The notes beneath the pieces are model-generated. The model had not been told where the DNA came from, did no database searches, and saw only the letters and a program-made list of their open reading frames with translations. Both the position numbers and the translations under genes were made by a program. Positions 20,045-30,039 of a stretch of DNA of 64,000 bases are shown here, in pieces. This DNA is from Cyanophyceae cyanobacterium (GTDB lineage: Bacteria; Cyanobacteriota; Cyanobacteriia; Cyanobacteriales; JBHJGN01). Positions within the stretch are counted from its first letter, which is position 1; every line of letters starts with the position of its first letter. The stretch is taken from the NCBI GenBank assembly GCA_050331735.1, contig JBHJGN010000077.1, positions 1-64,000 of the forward strand, written 5' to 3'.

Positions 20045-22075
20045 TCATCTAAAGGTTGTCGGAACAGAAACAGTAGACACCCGATTTTGAGCAAAATGTT
20101 CTAATAACATGCGGTGATAAAATACATAGCTACCACCCACTTTTTTCATCAACAGTCGTTCTGAGGCGTAGTCAAGAAAGTGAGCTAGATTCCTAGGAAT
20201 TAAACCCTTAGCCCATAATATAAGTCGTAGGTTGACGTGTTGAATGCAGGCCATTCCGCCTCCAAAAAGTAGCCCTAAAATCAGTCCCCAACTGATTACA
20301 GAAGTGATTGACTTTAATCCTTTAGGAAATAAACTAATCGGAAAAGGAAACAAAATGATTGGGATCAAAATTAGCCAACTAGCTAATGCGACGATCGCGG
20401 CATTCGTGACCGATTTCCGAATACCTTGGTTAGGGATAGTTTTTGTCTCTATTTCTGAGCCTCTTAGCCCACGGATTAATCCGATAATTAGTCCTAAAAT
20501 TACTCCTAAAAATAGTCCAAATACTATTATTGTTAAGCCATTGCTTGGCTCTTTCCAAGTCAGGTAACACCACACTACACTAATCGGGGACAAAATTCGA
20601 CTCCAGCTTAGTCCATCCCTTAAACCATTAAGCAGATCTTTTCGCGTTTTTTTCCAAGGCCACGTCAAAGTTTCAAAGGTTTTTATTTCTGCTTTATCGC
20701 TTCCAAACCATAACAAAACAAGTCCCCATGTTACTCCGTTGATCGCTAATACTTTAAAAAGGTTAATTTTTTCGTTATGCAAGTCTAAAACATAGCCTAG
20801 TAACAAGATTAATAGAACAACCAGCATCCCCATCAGTATACTTCCCACTCGATAAAGTCTTCTTTGGAGATTAGGCTCCAACCAATAGGGCTGCATTCTC
20901 TCAATTAAAAAGACAGATTGAGCTCCCTGAGACATCCGCTGTGCCAGCCAAGTTAGCCAGTATATTGACCTATCTTTCTGGTATTGCTGAACTCCTTTAC
21001 GCTTGAACATCCGATCAATATAAGTATCGAACAGGTGATGACGGCGTTCTTCACTTGAGCAAAACTGCTGTAATAGATCTTCTACTGACCAATCTTGATA
21101 AGCAACACTCATAATACTGAGAATTAGAGGAGTTTGGGCAAAACGTTCTAATTCTCGATCTTGCTGTAATAGCGTTCTTAAGCCAGCGAGGGAATCACCT
21201 GCTTCTGCTAAAAAACGATCTACTTGTTTTTTTGAAAGAGGTTTAATACAGATAGCACTGCTAAGTTGCAAACGCGCTGTCAGTGCCTCATAATCCTCGA
21301 CTCGGCTACAAATCACCATCTCAGTAATATTATGAGTTGTGATAAATTGATTTAAAGCTCTAACGCAAGCGTTGCGCTTTCCAGCTTGTACTTCATCTAA
21401 TCCATCAAGAAATAGAATTAGCTGTTCCTGTTCAATCCAAGGTTCGCTTAGCGTTTTGGGAACTTGATATTTATCTTTTAGTTCTTCAATTAGCCATTTT
21501 TCTATGGGTTGCTGCTTGTATTCCCAAGAAGATAAGTTAAACACTACGGGGATAGGCTTCGTTAAATCTTTTTCGGTTTGAGCGATCGCTTTTTTGGCTA
21601 GCTGTAATAAAGCAATCGTTTTTCCTGAACCAGGCTCTCCTAAAATTAATAGGGTTTTACCTTGTCCGGTTTGATTCAAAATATCTGTTGATTTAAGTTG
21701 GTCAAAAGACTTATCCAAGTCTATTGCTATATCTTCAACGCCTGTAAAAGGTCTAATTACCGCACTTGAATTTTTTTCCCAGTCGAGGTTAATGACATTA
21801 TTTCTATAGAGAGAAGAGTTGAGAAAACCCTCGATCCAAGACTCTTTAACTTTGCGCAATAAGGTGATTCGCTGTCTATATTCGTGTTGAGTTAATACTT
21901 GGCGCACTACTGGAGTTTGACCTAACCAGTCCAGATCATTCGTGACGCGATCGCGATATTGCTCGCGACTGAGAATGGTAATGTTGTGATTGTGAACAGT
22001 GTTATTGTCACCAACCGCAAAGCCTTTTGCTGAAGCTTCAAACCTTTGATTGTATTTAGCACTACGTTCAACCAT
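20045..22075 (-). CDS. NACHT NTPase with N-terminal amyloid-like motif and C-terminal transmembrane region
   Basis: Walker A GEPGSGKT, PVVFNLSSW, Walker B LFLDGLDEV, PLILSI, several TM helices and GGSYVFYHRMLLEHF; GGAG RBS before MVERS. Confidence 0.9.
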   Translation of the reverse strand: MVERSAKYNQRFEASAKGFAVGDNNTVHNHNITILSREQYRDRVTNDLDWLGQTPVVRQVLTQHEYRQRITLLRKVKESWIEGFLNSSLYRNNVINLDWEKNSSAVIRPFTGVEDIAIDLDKSFDQLKSTDILNQTGQGKTLLILGEPGSGKTIALLQLAKKAIAQTEKDLTKPIPVVFNLSSWEYKQQPIEKWLIEELKDKYQVPKTLSEPWIEQEQLILFLDGLDEVQAGKRNACVRALNQFITTHNITEMVICSRVEDYEALTARLQLSSAICIKPLSKKQVDRFLAEAGDSLAGLRTLLQQDRELERFAQTPLILSIMSVAYQDWSVEDLLQQFCSSEERRHHLFDTYIDRMFKRKGVQQYQKDRSIYWLTWLAQRMSQGAQSVFLIERMQPYWLEPNLQRRLYRVGSILMGMLVVLLILLLGYVLDLHNEKINLFKVLAINGVTWGLVLLWFGSDKAEIKTFETLTWPWKKTRKDLLNGLRDGLSWSRILSPISVVWCYLTWKEPSNGLTIIVFGLFLGVILGLIIGLIRGLRGSEIETKTIPNQGIRKSVTNAAIVALASWLILIPIILFPFPISLFPKGLKSITSVISWGLILGLLFGGGMACIQHVNLRLILWAKGLIPRNLAHFLDYASERLLMKKVGGSYVFYHRMLLEHFAQNRVSTVSVPTTFR

Positions 22076-22091
22076 TTTAAGTCTCCAGCAG

Positions 22092-22463
22092 CTAAGAGCC
22101 AAATGTATTTGTTTGAGTGTTGCGATCGCCGAATTGACCCCCTTTAACTTCCCCTTGAAACAGCATGTTATATTTACCTGCTGCTGTTTCTTTAGGATCT
22201 AACTGTTTTAGTATTTCCTGAGCTTTTTCAACAATTTTCTCGTCTCGATCGGCACCAACCTCAGTTAATTTCTTTTTGAGTGGAGCTTCATAGGTGTCAG
22301 GGTCTTTTTCGTATTCTTCTAAAACCATTTCTGCTTTTGGTTCGCCATCAAATTTATGCTTAATTAAAGTTTTTAAGCCTTGATAAGCATCTGGAGCAAC
22401 ATCTCTAGCCGCTTTTACTGCTCCAGCAACCAGTGCAGCAAGAATTAAAGAAATTGGTTCCAT
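22092..22463 (-). CDS. Bell-like helical protein with C-terminal RHIM/BASS-like amyloid motif
   Basis: MEPISLILAALVAGA...DAYQGLKTLI N-terminus; C-terminal GKYN..F.G.VKG.QFGDRNTQTNTF. Confidence 0.8.
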   Translation of the reverse strand: MEPISLILAALVAGAVKAARDVAPDAYQGLKTLIKHKFDGEPKAEMVLEEYEKDPDTYEAPLKKKLTEVGADRDEKIVEKAQEILKQLDPKETAAGKYNMLFQGEVKGGQFGDRNTQTNTFGS

Positions 22464-22617
22464 TACTCATTATTCCTCTGTTAGTTCAATTTTTGGAGTT
22501 GAATTATTCGCTAGATTCAACCCGAACGATAATTTTAAATCTGCAACAAATTTAAAGAAGTAAAGGAATAGGAGGTTTTCTGATTTAATTACACGCCATA
22601 TCTGCTATCTGCGTTTA

Positions 22618-22702
22618 ATATTAATTTGATTCTTTATCCCTCGATCTCATAAAGCTCATTCCGAAGCTCTTGAGAAATCTCATCTAAAAACTCATAGAAA
22701 AG
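22618..22702 (-). promoter_or_regulatory. Repeat-array promoter upstream of the Bell-NACHT operon
   Basis: CTCAT units on + at 22646, 22655, (22667), 22679 and 22691; minus-strand -10 TAATAT at 22623-22618. Confidence 0.6.
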
Positions 22703-22708
22703 TTGGTC

Positions 22709-25700
22709 TTAAACAAAGATCGATTTATAAATGCGGTTCTGAACTTTTAAAGTTCCCTGTTGCTTAACGACTAGCCCCGATAACAGCAGTTCTCTTTCCT
22801 CGGGGCTATTATCTGAAACTATTGCACCTCGGTGTAAAATTTGTCGATAGAGTTCTAGTAGTCGGACGGACTGTTTGCTCTTGAGCAGGCGATCGCGGAT
22901 CGTTCTCAAATGCTCGGGTTCATCCTGATATTCCCAATTCTCGACGATCTTGGTTCGCACCAAGTTTTCGAGCCACTCGGCTTCTTGGTTAGCAGGGATT
23001 GAAGAGGAAGCATCGCGGATAAGTTTGCAGAGCTTTTGGGTTAAAAAGGGCTGTCCGTTCGTCCAGGCAAACACTTCTTTGAGCAGCGTTTGTGGATTAT
23101 TCACTTTGTCCATTAATCCTTGCAGCAACGGTTGCGCTTCATGCTGTTTAAAGCCCTCTAGTTGAATCGCCTGACCGATGTTAAAGGGGGTTCTTTGATA
23201 GTCGGTTGCTAAATCGCTCGGAGTAGCGACACCAAAAAAAGCAAAGGTTAGGCGTCGATACTCTGGATCGATACTGCGCTGATTGTAGCAGGAGCGTATC
23301 AGCGCCAAAAAGTCATTAACGGGAAAATTCAGGCTTAAGAGGCTATCAAGTTCATCGATAAAAATAACTAGATTGGGAAGAGCATTATCTTGGCACTCGA
23401 CTTCAACTAACAAAATTTCTCGAATAAACTGACTCAATTTTTGTACTGGAGAAAGATCTTCTTGCTCTCGCCACCAGGTTTTTAAATCGACTGTCCTCAG
23501 CAAACCAAAGCCATACCATAGCTCTACGGCTAATCCCTTATACCATTGTTCGGGCGTAACGCTTTCGCTGCCAATCCGAGTCAGATCGATCGCTCCGCAG
23601 CTAAACCCTTCGTGCTGGAGGTGACGCATCATGCGCACCATCAAGCTTGACTTGCCCATCTGCCGAGGATTGAGAACATGACAAAACTCTCCTCGTTTTA
23701 ACGCTTTATAAAGACAGCGATCCGCCGAGCGTACCACATAAGTCGGGGCATCCATCGGCAAACTTCCCCCCACTTGATAGTCAAACTCAGAGGATTGTTC
23801 GGCACTTCTGAGCAGTTCATTTTCAAACATGAGTTCTGCTTGAGTCGCTTGGAGAATTTCCAAGGTTTGCGATAGCTCTTGAGTGCGTTCTGAAACTCGT
23901 TGTTCGAGGGTGCGATTGTAGCCTGCTAGCTGTTTGTAGAGACGGGCATTTTCGATAGAGATAGCGGCTTGAGCGGAAAGAATCTTTAAAACTTCTACGC
24001 GATCGCTAGTAAAGGCACCGCTGGTTAAATTATTTTCTAAATAGAGAATCCCGATCAGTTGATCTTGATGAAGCAAAGGAGTACAAAGAATCGATTTGGG
24101 GTGAGTCGCCACTATGTAAGGATCGCCGCTAAACTGTTTTGCCTCAGTCGCGTTGTTTAGCACAACGTTTTTGTGGGTGCGGGCAACATAGTGAACGATG
24201 GCAACGGATAGAATTGGTGCTTGGCAATCGTCTACAGAGTCAATGGCAATTGATTGCAGAACAGCCACCTCATCAGCCTCTACTGCTCCTCCCGCTTCAA
24301 TTGTTAAGTGATCCTCGTTTGCTAGAATCAGAAAGCTTTTTTGAGCGCCAGCATTCTCAATGACAGTTTTCATCAAATTTTTGAGCAATTGGCTCAGCGC
24401 GATCTCCCGCGAAATTGTCTGCGAAGCTTTGATAACGCTGGCTACATCTAATCCTGCCTGGGTCAAGGTTGAAGATAAGCGGTTGGTCGATTCTGAGGCT
24501 AAATGTGGGTATCGTTGCTCTAGGTGCTTCACCTTGGCGTGTGCGCCCCATCTTTGGTAGGCATAATGAGCATCCTGTATGTAGTGGCGAGCAACATGAT
24601 TCTCCTGAGCTAGGTAAAATTGACCAGCCAGTTCGCAGGCAAGAGCTTCTTCATTAAGATAGTTGTTTTCCTGAGCCAGCATAATAGCCTGGTCATACTG
24701 CTCTCGGGCTTCTTGAACTTGCCCCAACACTCGGCAACGTTCTGCCTCGACTAAATGAAGCTTGTGTAAAAAATTCATGGGAGCACTTCGCGCCCACGTT
24801 CGTATCTGCTTTTGATTACTGGCTACTTTTGCTAAAATTTGTTTCTGTTCAACGGCTAAAGACTGAGGGTAGACCGCCAGTCGTGCTAAAGAGTCATAAA
24901 AGTAGAAGAGGGGACAAAGCAGCGTTCCTGTAGAGGTGTCTACATAGGGTTCAGCACAAACAGCATTTTCAAACGCTTCCTGATACTGATTAAACAGGTA
25001 GCAGAGAATTAGTTTGTTGAGATACAGATAGTAAATAGTTGAGCGTTGATTTCTTTGCACATAGAGAGGAAGTTCCTGTTCTTCGTTATAAACCTCCCCG
25101 ACTAGACGGTAGGGTTCGTCTTCTCCAATCAGGTTCAGAACAATTTGATGGATCAGAGTGTCGTTTCTGAGCTGATTAATGGTACTGCTATAGGTAGTGA
25201 TTTCCTGCTCTAATTCAGGTAGGGGACGAGCAGCGCTGAAATAGGAAAGATAACAATAGATTTGGATAGATAGAGCGGCATGTTCAAGATCTCCCGTGGC
25301 TAAACCACTGTGATAGGCAGCTAATAAGGCGCTAAACGTCTGGCTAATGTGGAATTTCCCAGGAATTGTAAAATAGGTGGTCACAAAGAGGGTCATCGCT
25401 TTGAGTTCTTTCGCGTTTAACCGCTCTAACAGACGCAAAGCAAGCTGACCGAATTGGTAGCCAAGCTCAAAGTTTGCGGCTCTACAGAGAATCAATCCGT
25501 AATTCGCATAGGCATGGGTATGAGCAACAGCGTTGCCATAGTGAAGAGCCAAATTAATTTGGGCAAAGATAATGAGCGGCAACAGGTGAGGACGGGCTAT
25601 ATAGGCGGCAGGGCAGAGAGTGAGTAGGATACGGGTAGCGGCAATTTTGGTCGGATCGCTCATCAAAGGCGCATCCAGTAAGTCTTGAGGCTGTTTTTGT

Positions 25701-28330
25701 GCCAAGGATTGTTGCAGCGTCTCGAACCCCAAGCTCACGTCAGATTCAGAAGGCTGCGTCGGTAAATTCACGCCGAGGATTTTCAGCACCGAGATGCCAA
25801 GCTGGAGGGCTTCGGTAAATTTTTTCTGGGCTTTGAGCGCTTGGATTTCGATTTCGTGAACTTTCACCTGCTCTAAGTCAGATTGAGCCTGTTGCCGTAC
25901 CGCCTGAACTAACTGCTCCATCCGCCTAAAATCGTGGTTGAGATAGGCTGCCTCTGCGGCGGCGGTGTGTAGAGCTAGCGATAGGTCGTATTGCTGCCAG
26001 TTTGCTTCAAGTAGTTCTAAGCCGACGGTAAAGTAGGTGAAGGCAGATTGATGGGCGGCTGATGCTTTCGCGATCGCTCCTGCCTGGAGATTTAAGCGGG
26101 CGAGTTGCTCTCGCTCTGGACGGTGGGAGAGCAGTGACCGTCCCTGGTTGAGCTGATTAACAATCGTAAAGGGGTCCGATTCTAGGGGGGTGTGTTTGAG
26201 CAACCGTTGACCAATCTGCCAATGCACAGCCTGGGTTTCTGCCTGGGGAATGAGGCCATAGACCACCTGCTGGATGCGATCGTGGGCAAACTTGTATCCG
26301 GCTGATTTTGATAAACCGTTTACCTCCAGCGACCTTAGCGTGTAGCTGTCGTTCAGGGGTAGAATATATCCCTCGGCGATCGCTGCCTCTAAATCTACTG
26401 CTACTTCCCGAGCCGTTTTTTCAGAGATAATCGCTAATCGGTCTAAAGTAAATCGGTTCCCCAGGCAGGCGGCTAATTTCAACGCGGCCTGAGTTGGTGG
26501 CGTTAGCTGTTTGACCTTCTCCGCCATCAATTGGGCGACATTATCCGCAATCGGCTGGGTTTGAATCTGCTTCAAATCCCACCGCCATTGCCCTCGTTCG
26601 TCATCAAATTCGATCAGCGATCGCTCGTGTAGAGATTTCAAAAACTCGCTGACAAAAAAAGGATTGCCCCCCGTTTTTGCCTGTAACATCGTTGCCAGCG
26701 GACTGGCGGTGGTGGAGTCAACCCGAAAAGTATCGCTGAGCAGTTGGCGAGTATGGGTTTGGGTTAGGGGCAACAGCGAAATTTGATTAACGGTGATAGA
26801 AGACTCGATTTCCCTTAAAGTGAGCAGGAGCGAACTCTCGCTTACTTCGTTGTCTCGATAGGCTCCAATCAGCAGCAAGTATTGGCTATTTCCAGCCGTG
26901 AATAACCGTTGAATAATTTCAAGCGTGGCTCGATCTGCCCACTGCAAATCGTCTAAGAAGATGACGAGGGGATGTTCCGGTTGAGTAAAAACTTTAACAA
27001 AATCTTGCCATACCCGATGAAAACGATTTTGCGCCTCTGTCGGCGCAAGGTTTGGGAGGGCTGCTTGGGAACCGATAATCAATTCTAAGTCGGGCAGAAC
27101 ATCGAGCATCACCTGTCCATTTGCCCCCAAAGCCACCAACAGTTTTTCCCGCCATTCTGCAATCTTGGGTTTACTTTCAGTCAGTAGCTGTTGGATTAAT
27201 GACTGAAACGCTTGAATTAGGGGAGCATAGGGAATGTTGCGCTGTAGCCGCTCAGATTTCCCAGAGATAAAGTAGCCTCGCTGACGGGTCAGGGGCTGAT
27301 ACACCTCCTGCACCAGAGCGGATTTACCCACCCCTGAATGTCCGCAAATCACCATCATTTCGCTAGCGCCTTGGCTCACGCGATCGCAGGCAGCTAATAA
27401 GCGAGCCAACTCTGCTTCTCTTCCGTAGAGCTTTGGGGAAATTTGAAACCGATCGGAAATATCCACTTGACCTAATGGAAAGGAAGCAATTTGCCCTTGG
27501 GTTTGCCACTGATGCCAACAGTGTTCCAAATCTGCCTTGAGTCCAAAAGCCGATTGATAGCGATCTTCGGCGTTTTTGGCCATCAGCTTGAGCACAATGT
27601 CTGAAATTGCCGGGGGAAGGTTGGCATTATGTTGATGGGGAGGAAGCGGAGATTTGGCAATATGGCCGTGAATTAATTCCAGAACATCCTCTGTAGGAAA
27701 GGGCAACCGACCAGTGAGCAGTTCATAAAAGGTTACCCCGAGAGAGTAAAAATCCGTTCGCTCATCGATTGCCCGATTCATCCGCCCCGTCTGCTCTGGG
27801 GAAATATACGTTAATGTTCCCCTTAATACCTTTGGATGACGAGTTGAGTTTTTCGGGGTCAGTAGGAGCGAGCTACCGAAGTCGATCAGTTTGACCTGCT
27901 CAGTCGCGGGACTCCAAACAATATTGGACGGGTTGATATCGTTGTGGACAACGTGCTGTTGATGCACTTGGGCAAGAATACGAGCAAGTTGAATGGCAAG
28001 CGGGAGAAACTCCGTGACAGAGAGAGGGCGCTCTTCAATCACCCGATCGAGAGCTTGCCCCCCAAAATCCTCTAAAACCAAGAGCCAGCGGTCCTGCTCA
28101 TTCTCTAAACCATAGACTTGTACTACCCCTGGCAAGTTAAGTTGATTGAGTTTTTTGGTGGTTTCATACTCCTGTCTAAACCAAGCAATTTCCTCGGGTG
28201 TCGGGTAAGGCTGTTTGAGAAATTTGAGAATGACGGGTTGACAATCTGCTAATCGTCGTCCGCGATAGACTTGCGAGCTAGCGCTTTCGTGAAGCTGTTC
28301 GATAATTTGGTAGTCTAAAACACAAATCAC
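22709..28330 (-). CDS. Ser/Thr kinase - STAND ATPase - TPR-like - GAF - AAA_35 multidomain protein
   Basis: [11 protein letters not shown] and [12 protein letters not shown] (kinase); GHSGVGKS and DDLQWAD (ATPase); ILYLENN...QAAISIENA (GAF); YQVGGSL..DAPTYV and RQMGKSSL (AAA_35). Confidence 0.9.
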   Translation of the reverse strand: MICVLDYQIIEQLHESASSQVYRGRRLADCQPVILKFLKQPYPTPEEIAWFRQEYETTKKLNQLNLPGVVQVYGLENEQDRWLLVLEDFGGQALDRVIEERPLSVTEFLPLAIQLARILAQVHQQHVVHNDINPSNIVWSPATEQVKLIDFGSSLLLTPKNSTRHPKVLRGTLTYISPEQTGRMNRAIDERTDFYSLGVTFYELLTGRLPFPTEDVLELIHGHIAKSPLPPHQHNANLPPAISDIVLKLMAKNAEDRYQSAFGLKADLEHCWHQWQTQGQIASFPLGQVDISDRFQISPKLYGREAELARLLAACDRVSQGASEMMVICGHSGVGKSALVQEVYQPLTRQRGYFISGKSERLQRNIPYAPLIQAFQSLIQQLLTESKPKIAEWREKLLVALGANGQVMLDVLPDLELIIGSQAALPNLAPTEAQNRFHRVWQDFVKVFTQPEHPLVIFLDDLQWADRATLEIIQRLFTAGNSQYLLLIGAYRDNEVSESSLLLTLREIESSITVNQISLLPLTQTHTRQLLSDTFRVDSTTASPLATMLQAKTGGNPFFVSEFLKSLHERSLIEFDDERGQWRWDLKQIQTQPIADNVAQLMAEKVKQLTPPTQAALKLAACLGNRFTLDRLAIISEKTAREVAVDLEAAIAEGYILPLNDSYTLRSLEVNGLSKSAGYKFAHDRIQQVVYGLIPQAETQAVHWQIGQRLLKHTPLESDPFTIVNQLNQGRSLLSHRPEREQLARLNLQAGAIAKASAAHQSAFTYFTVGLELLEANWQQYDLSLALHTAAAEAAYLNHDFRRMEQLVQAVRQQAQSDLEQVKVHEIEIQALKAQKKFTEALQLGISVLKILGVNLPTQPSESDVSLGFETLQQSLAQKQPQDLLDAPLMSDPTKIAATRILLTLCPAAYIARPHLLPLIIFAQINLALHYGNAVAHTHAYANYGLILCRAANFELGYQFGQLALRLLERLNAKELKAMTLFVTTYFTIPGKFHISQTFSALLAAYHSGLATGDLEHAALSIQIYCYLSYFSAARPLPELEQEITTYSSTINQLRNDTLIHQIVLNLIGEDEPYRLVGEVYNEEQELPLYVQRNQRSTIYYLYLNKLILCYLFNQYQEAFENAVCAEPYVDTSTGTLLCPLFYFYDSLARLAVYPQSLAVEQKQILAKVASNQKQIRTWARSAPMNFLHKLHLVEAERCRVLGQVQEAREQYDQAIMLAQENNYLNEEALACELAGQFYLAQENHVARHYIQDAHYAYQRWGAHAKVKHLEQRYPHLASESTNRLSSTLTQAGLDVASVIKASQTISREIALSQLLKNLMKTVIENAGAQKSFLILANEDHLTIEAGGAVEADEVAVLQSIAIDSVDDCQAPILSVAIVHYVARTHKNVVLNNATEAKQFSGDPYIVATHPKSILCTPLLHQDQLIGILYLENNLTSGAFTSDRVEVLKILSAQAAISIENARLYKQLAGYNRTLEQRVSERTQELSQTLEILQATQAELMFENELLRSAEQSSEFDYQVGGSLPMDAPTYVVRSADRCLYKALKRGEFCHVLNPRQMGKSSLMVRMMRHLQHEGFSCGAIDLTRIGSESVTPEQWYKGLAVELWYGFGLLRTVDLKTWWREQEDLSPVQKLSQFIREILLVEVECQDNALPNLVIFIDELDSLLSLNFPVNDFLALIRSCYNQRSIDPEYRRLTFAFFGVATPSDLATDYQRTPFNIGQAIQLEGFKQHEAQPLLQGLMDKVNNPQTLLKEVFAWTNGQPFLTQKLCKLIRDASSSIPANQEAEWLENLVRTKIVENWEYQDEPEHLRTIRDRLLKSKQSVRLLELYRQILHRGAIVSDNSPEERELLLSGLVVKQQGTLKVQNRIYKSIFV

Positions 28331-28348
28331 GACGCTCTCCGTTTGCTT

Positions 28349-29878
28349 CTAGAACCAGGTCAGATGTCTAGGCTGCCGTTGTTGCCGTTCAGCAGATCGC
28401 TTTTGCAGTGCTTCTACCAAGGCTTTCTCACTTGTGTCTTCTGGGGAGGGACCGTACAAAATCCCGACAACCTTTTTCATCTTCTCCACGTCGTAGTGAT
28501 GTTCGCCATGTTCGTGTTCGTGACTAGGACCAGCCCAAGGGGAATCGGTGTGAACCCACTGCCCTTTCTCGAACCAATCTACGCCTTGAATAACCGTCTT
28601 CACCACCTCACCGGGATGAGCCGCTTCATGGGCGCTGAACCAGTCATTGATGCGGTCATCCACCCAGCCGTGCAGCCGCCAGAACACCGGGTTGACGTGA
28701 GAGGAATAGAACTCGCCCAAAAAATCGTATTCGGGGCGATCCCAAAAGTCACGGATGTCGTTGTCTTCCCGTCCAGATGGCAGTACGCCGAGCGCGGGAT
28801 GATAGGGGGCTGATGTCCAACGCATGTGCATATCGTTATGAACCGAGTACTCAAGCAGTGCACCAAGTTCTCCGAGCGAGAGGGTACTGAGGTACTGTTT
28901 GTTCTTAAACTCCCGGTCCCACCACGCCATCCGCGACCAGTAGTGTCCGTCTGTCTTTAATAGAGCAATGCGGCGGTTGGTGATTTCGTCGGTCGGATCG
29001 ATCCAGGCTGGAGGAATAGCAAATCCGTCTGGGTTGCCGGGGGTGGGGAGAACTGGCGGGTCTTCCTCGTAGTCTGGTTCGGCTCCCACAGAACCGGGAC
29101 GGGGAATCGTCGGCCATCCGGCGATCGGCTCCTGTCCAGCTTCCTTGATCTTGCGATTCACTTCTTGAATCATCTGTCGGTGCATGAAGAGAAAGTCCTC
29201 ACCGGAGCCATTGCGAATTAGGGGAGCACCTGTCGCATCGACTGACGGACGTTCTTCTTCGCCGCCTGGTTGCCATCCAAGTTCTCGAATTGCCTGTTTT
29301 TTCTCTTCGTTGATCATCGGATTAAGCCACAATCCGCGCACACTGTGCCAAACGGTATGGTGGAGCCGATGGTGTTTCGATGCCAGCATCTTGAGAACTT
29401 CCTGTGGAAGCGGAATGACCGTTCTTGGCTCAGGGAAATCCCGTTGAACAGCAACGAAAGAGGCTACTACGCCAGCCGGACTATCCTCGCCATGCTCCAC
29501 AGTTCGGATTACCGTTCCTACCAACGCAGGTCGCTGATTCTTTCCGTTCGGCCACTCAGGGACAAAATAGGCGACGTAATCGTACACCCACCCCTGGGCA
29601 AATGTTCCCAACACGCCAGTCCCTTGAAATCTTAGGGAAAATGGGTTGCCTGTCTGGAGCGAGCCTTGGAGTGAGAGTCGGGCGTCATTCATCTTCGGCG
29701 GGTCACTCCTAAAGGCAAGCTGTCCGCGAATCGTCCCAGGCTCGGCAGCCGCCTCAAATACCATCTCACCTTCCCCAAAGATGAGGTTTTTGAGCTTGTC
29801 ACAATCATCGCTGACTGGCTCAGTAATGTTGTTATAGCTGCGGTAGGTCCAAGCCCCGCTCAGAAATTCGTTGGTCAT
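28349..29878 (-). CDS. PvdP-like tyrosinase (N-terminal beta-barrel + type-3 dicopper domain)
   Basis: HRLHHTVWH, GEDFLFMHRQM, HNDMHMRW and SSHVNPVFWRLHGWVD copper-site motifs; AGGAG RBS; no signal peptide seen. Confidence 0.78.
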   Translation of the reverse strand: MTNEFLSGAWTYRSYNNITEPVSDDCDKLKNLIFGEGEMVFEAAAEPGTIRGQLAFRSDPPKMNDARLSLQGSLQTGNPFSLRFQGTGVLGTFAQGWVYDYVAYFVPEWPNGKNQRPALVGTVIRTVEHGEDSPAGVVASFVAVQRDFPEPRTVIPLPQEVLKMLASKHHRLHHTVWHSVRGLWLNPMINEEKKQAIRELGWQPGGEEERPSVDATGAPLIRNGSGEDFLFMHRQMIQEVNRKIKEAGQEPIAGWPTIPRPGSVGAEPDYEEDPPVLPTPGNPDGFAIPPAWIDPTDEITNRRIALLKTDGHYWSRMAWWDREFKNKQYLSTLSLGELGALLEYSVHNDMHMRWTSAPYHPALGVLPSGREDNDIRDFWDRPEYDFLGEFYSSHVNPVFWRLHGWVDDRINDWFSAHEAAHPGEVVKTVIQGVDWFEKGQWVHTDSPWAGPSHEHEHGEHHYDVEKMKKVVGILYGPSPEDTSEKALVEALQKRSAERQQRQPRHLTWF

Positions 29879-29963
29879 GATGTTCTCCTTGGTTCGCGGT
29901 CGGTTATCAGCTTGCGGCTATATACTCTACAGGCATGAGCATGGCGGCTTTAAGCTGTGCTTC

Positions 29964-30028
29964 ATAGTATTCTTGCTCTGAGCCTTTTAATCTCATAAAA
30001 CTCATAGAAAAGCTCATAAAAAACTTAG
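29964..30028 (-). promoter_or_regulatory. Repeat-array promoter upstream of the tyrosinase-kinase operon
   Basis: CTCAT units on + at 29992, 30001 and 30013; minus-strand -10 TACTAT at 29969-29964. Confidence 0.6.
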
Positions 30029-30039
30029 GCGATCGCCCT

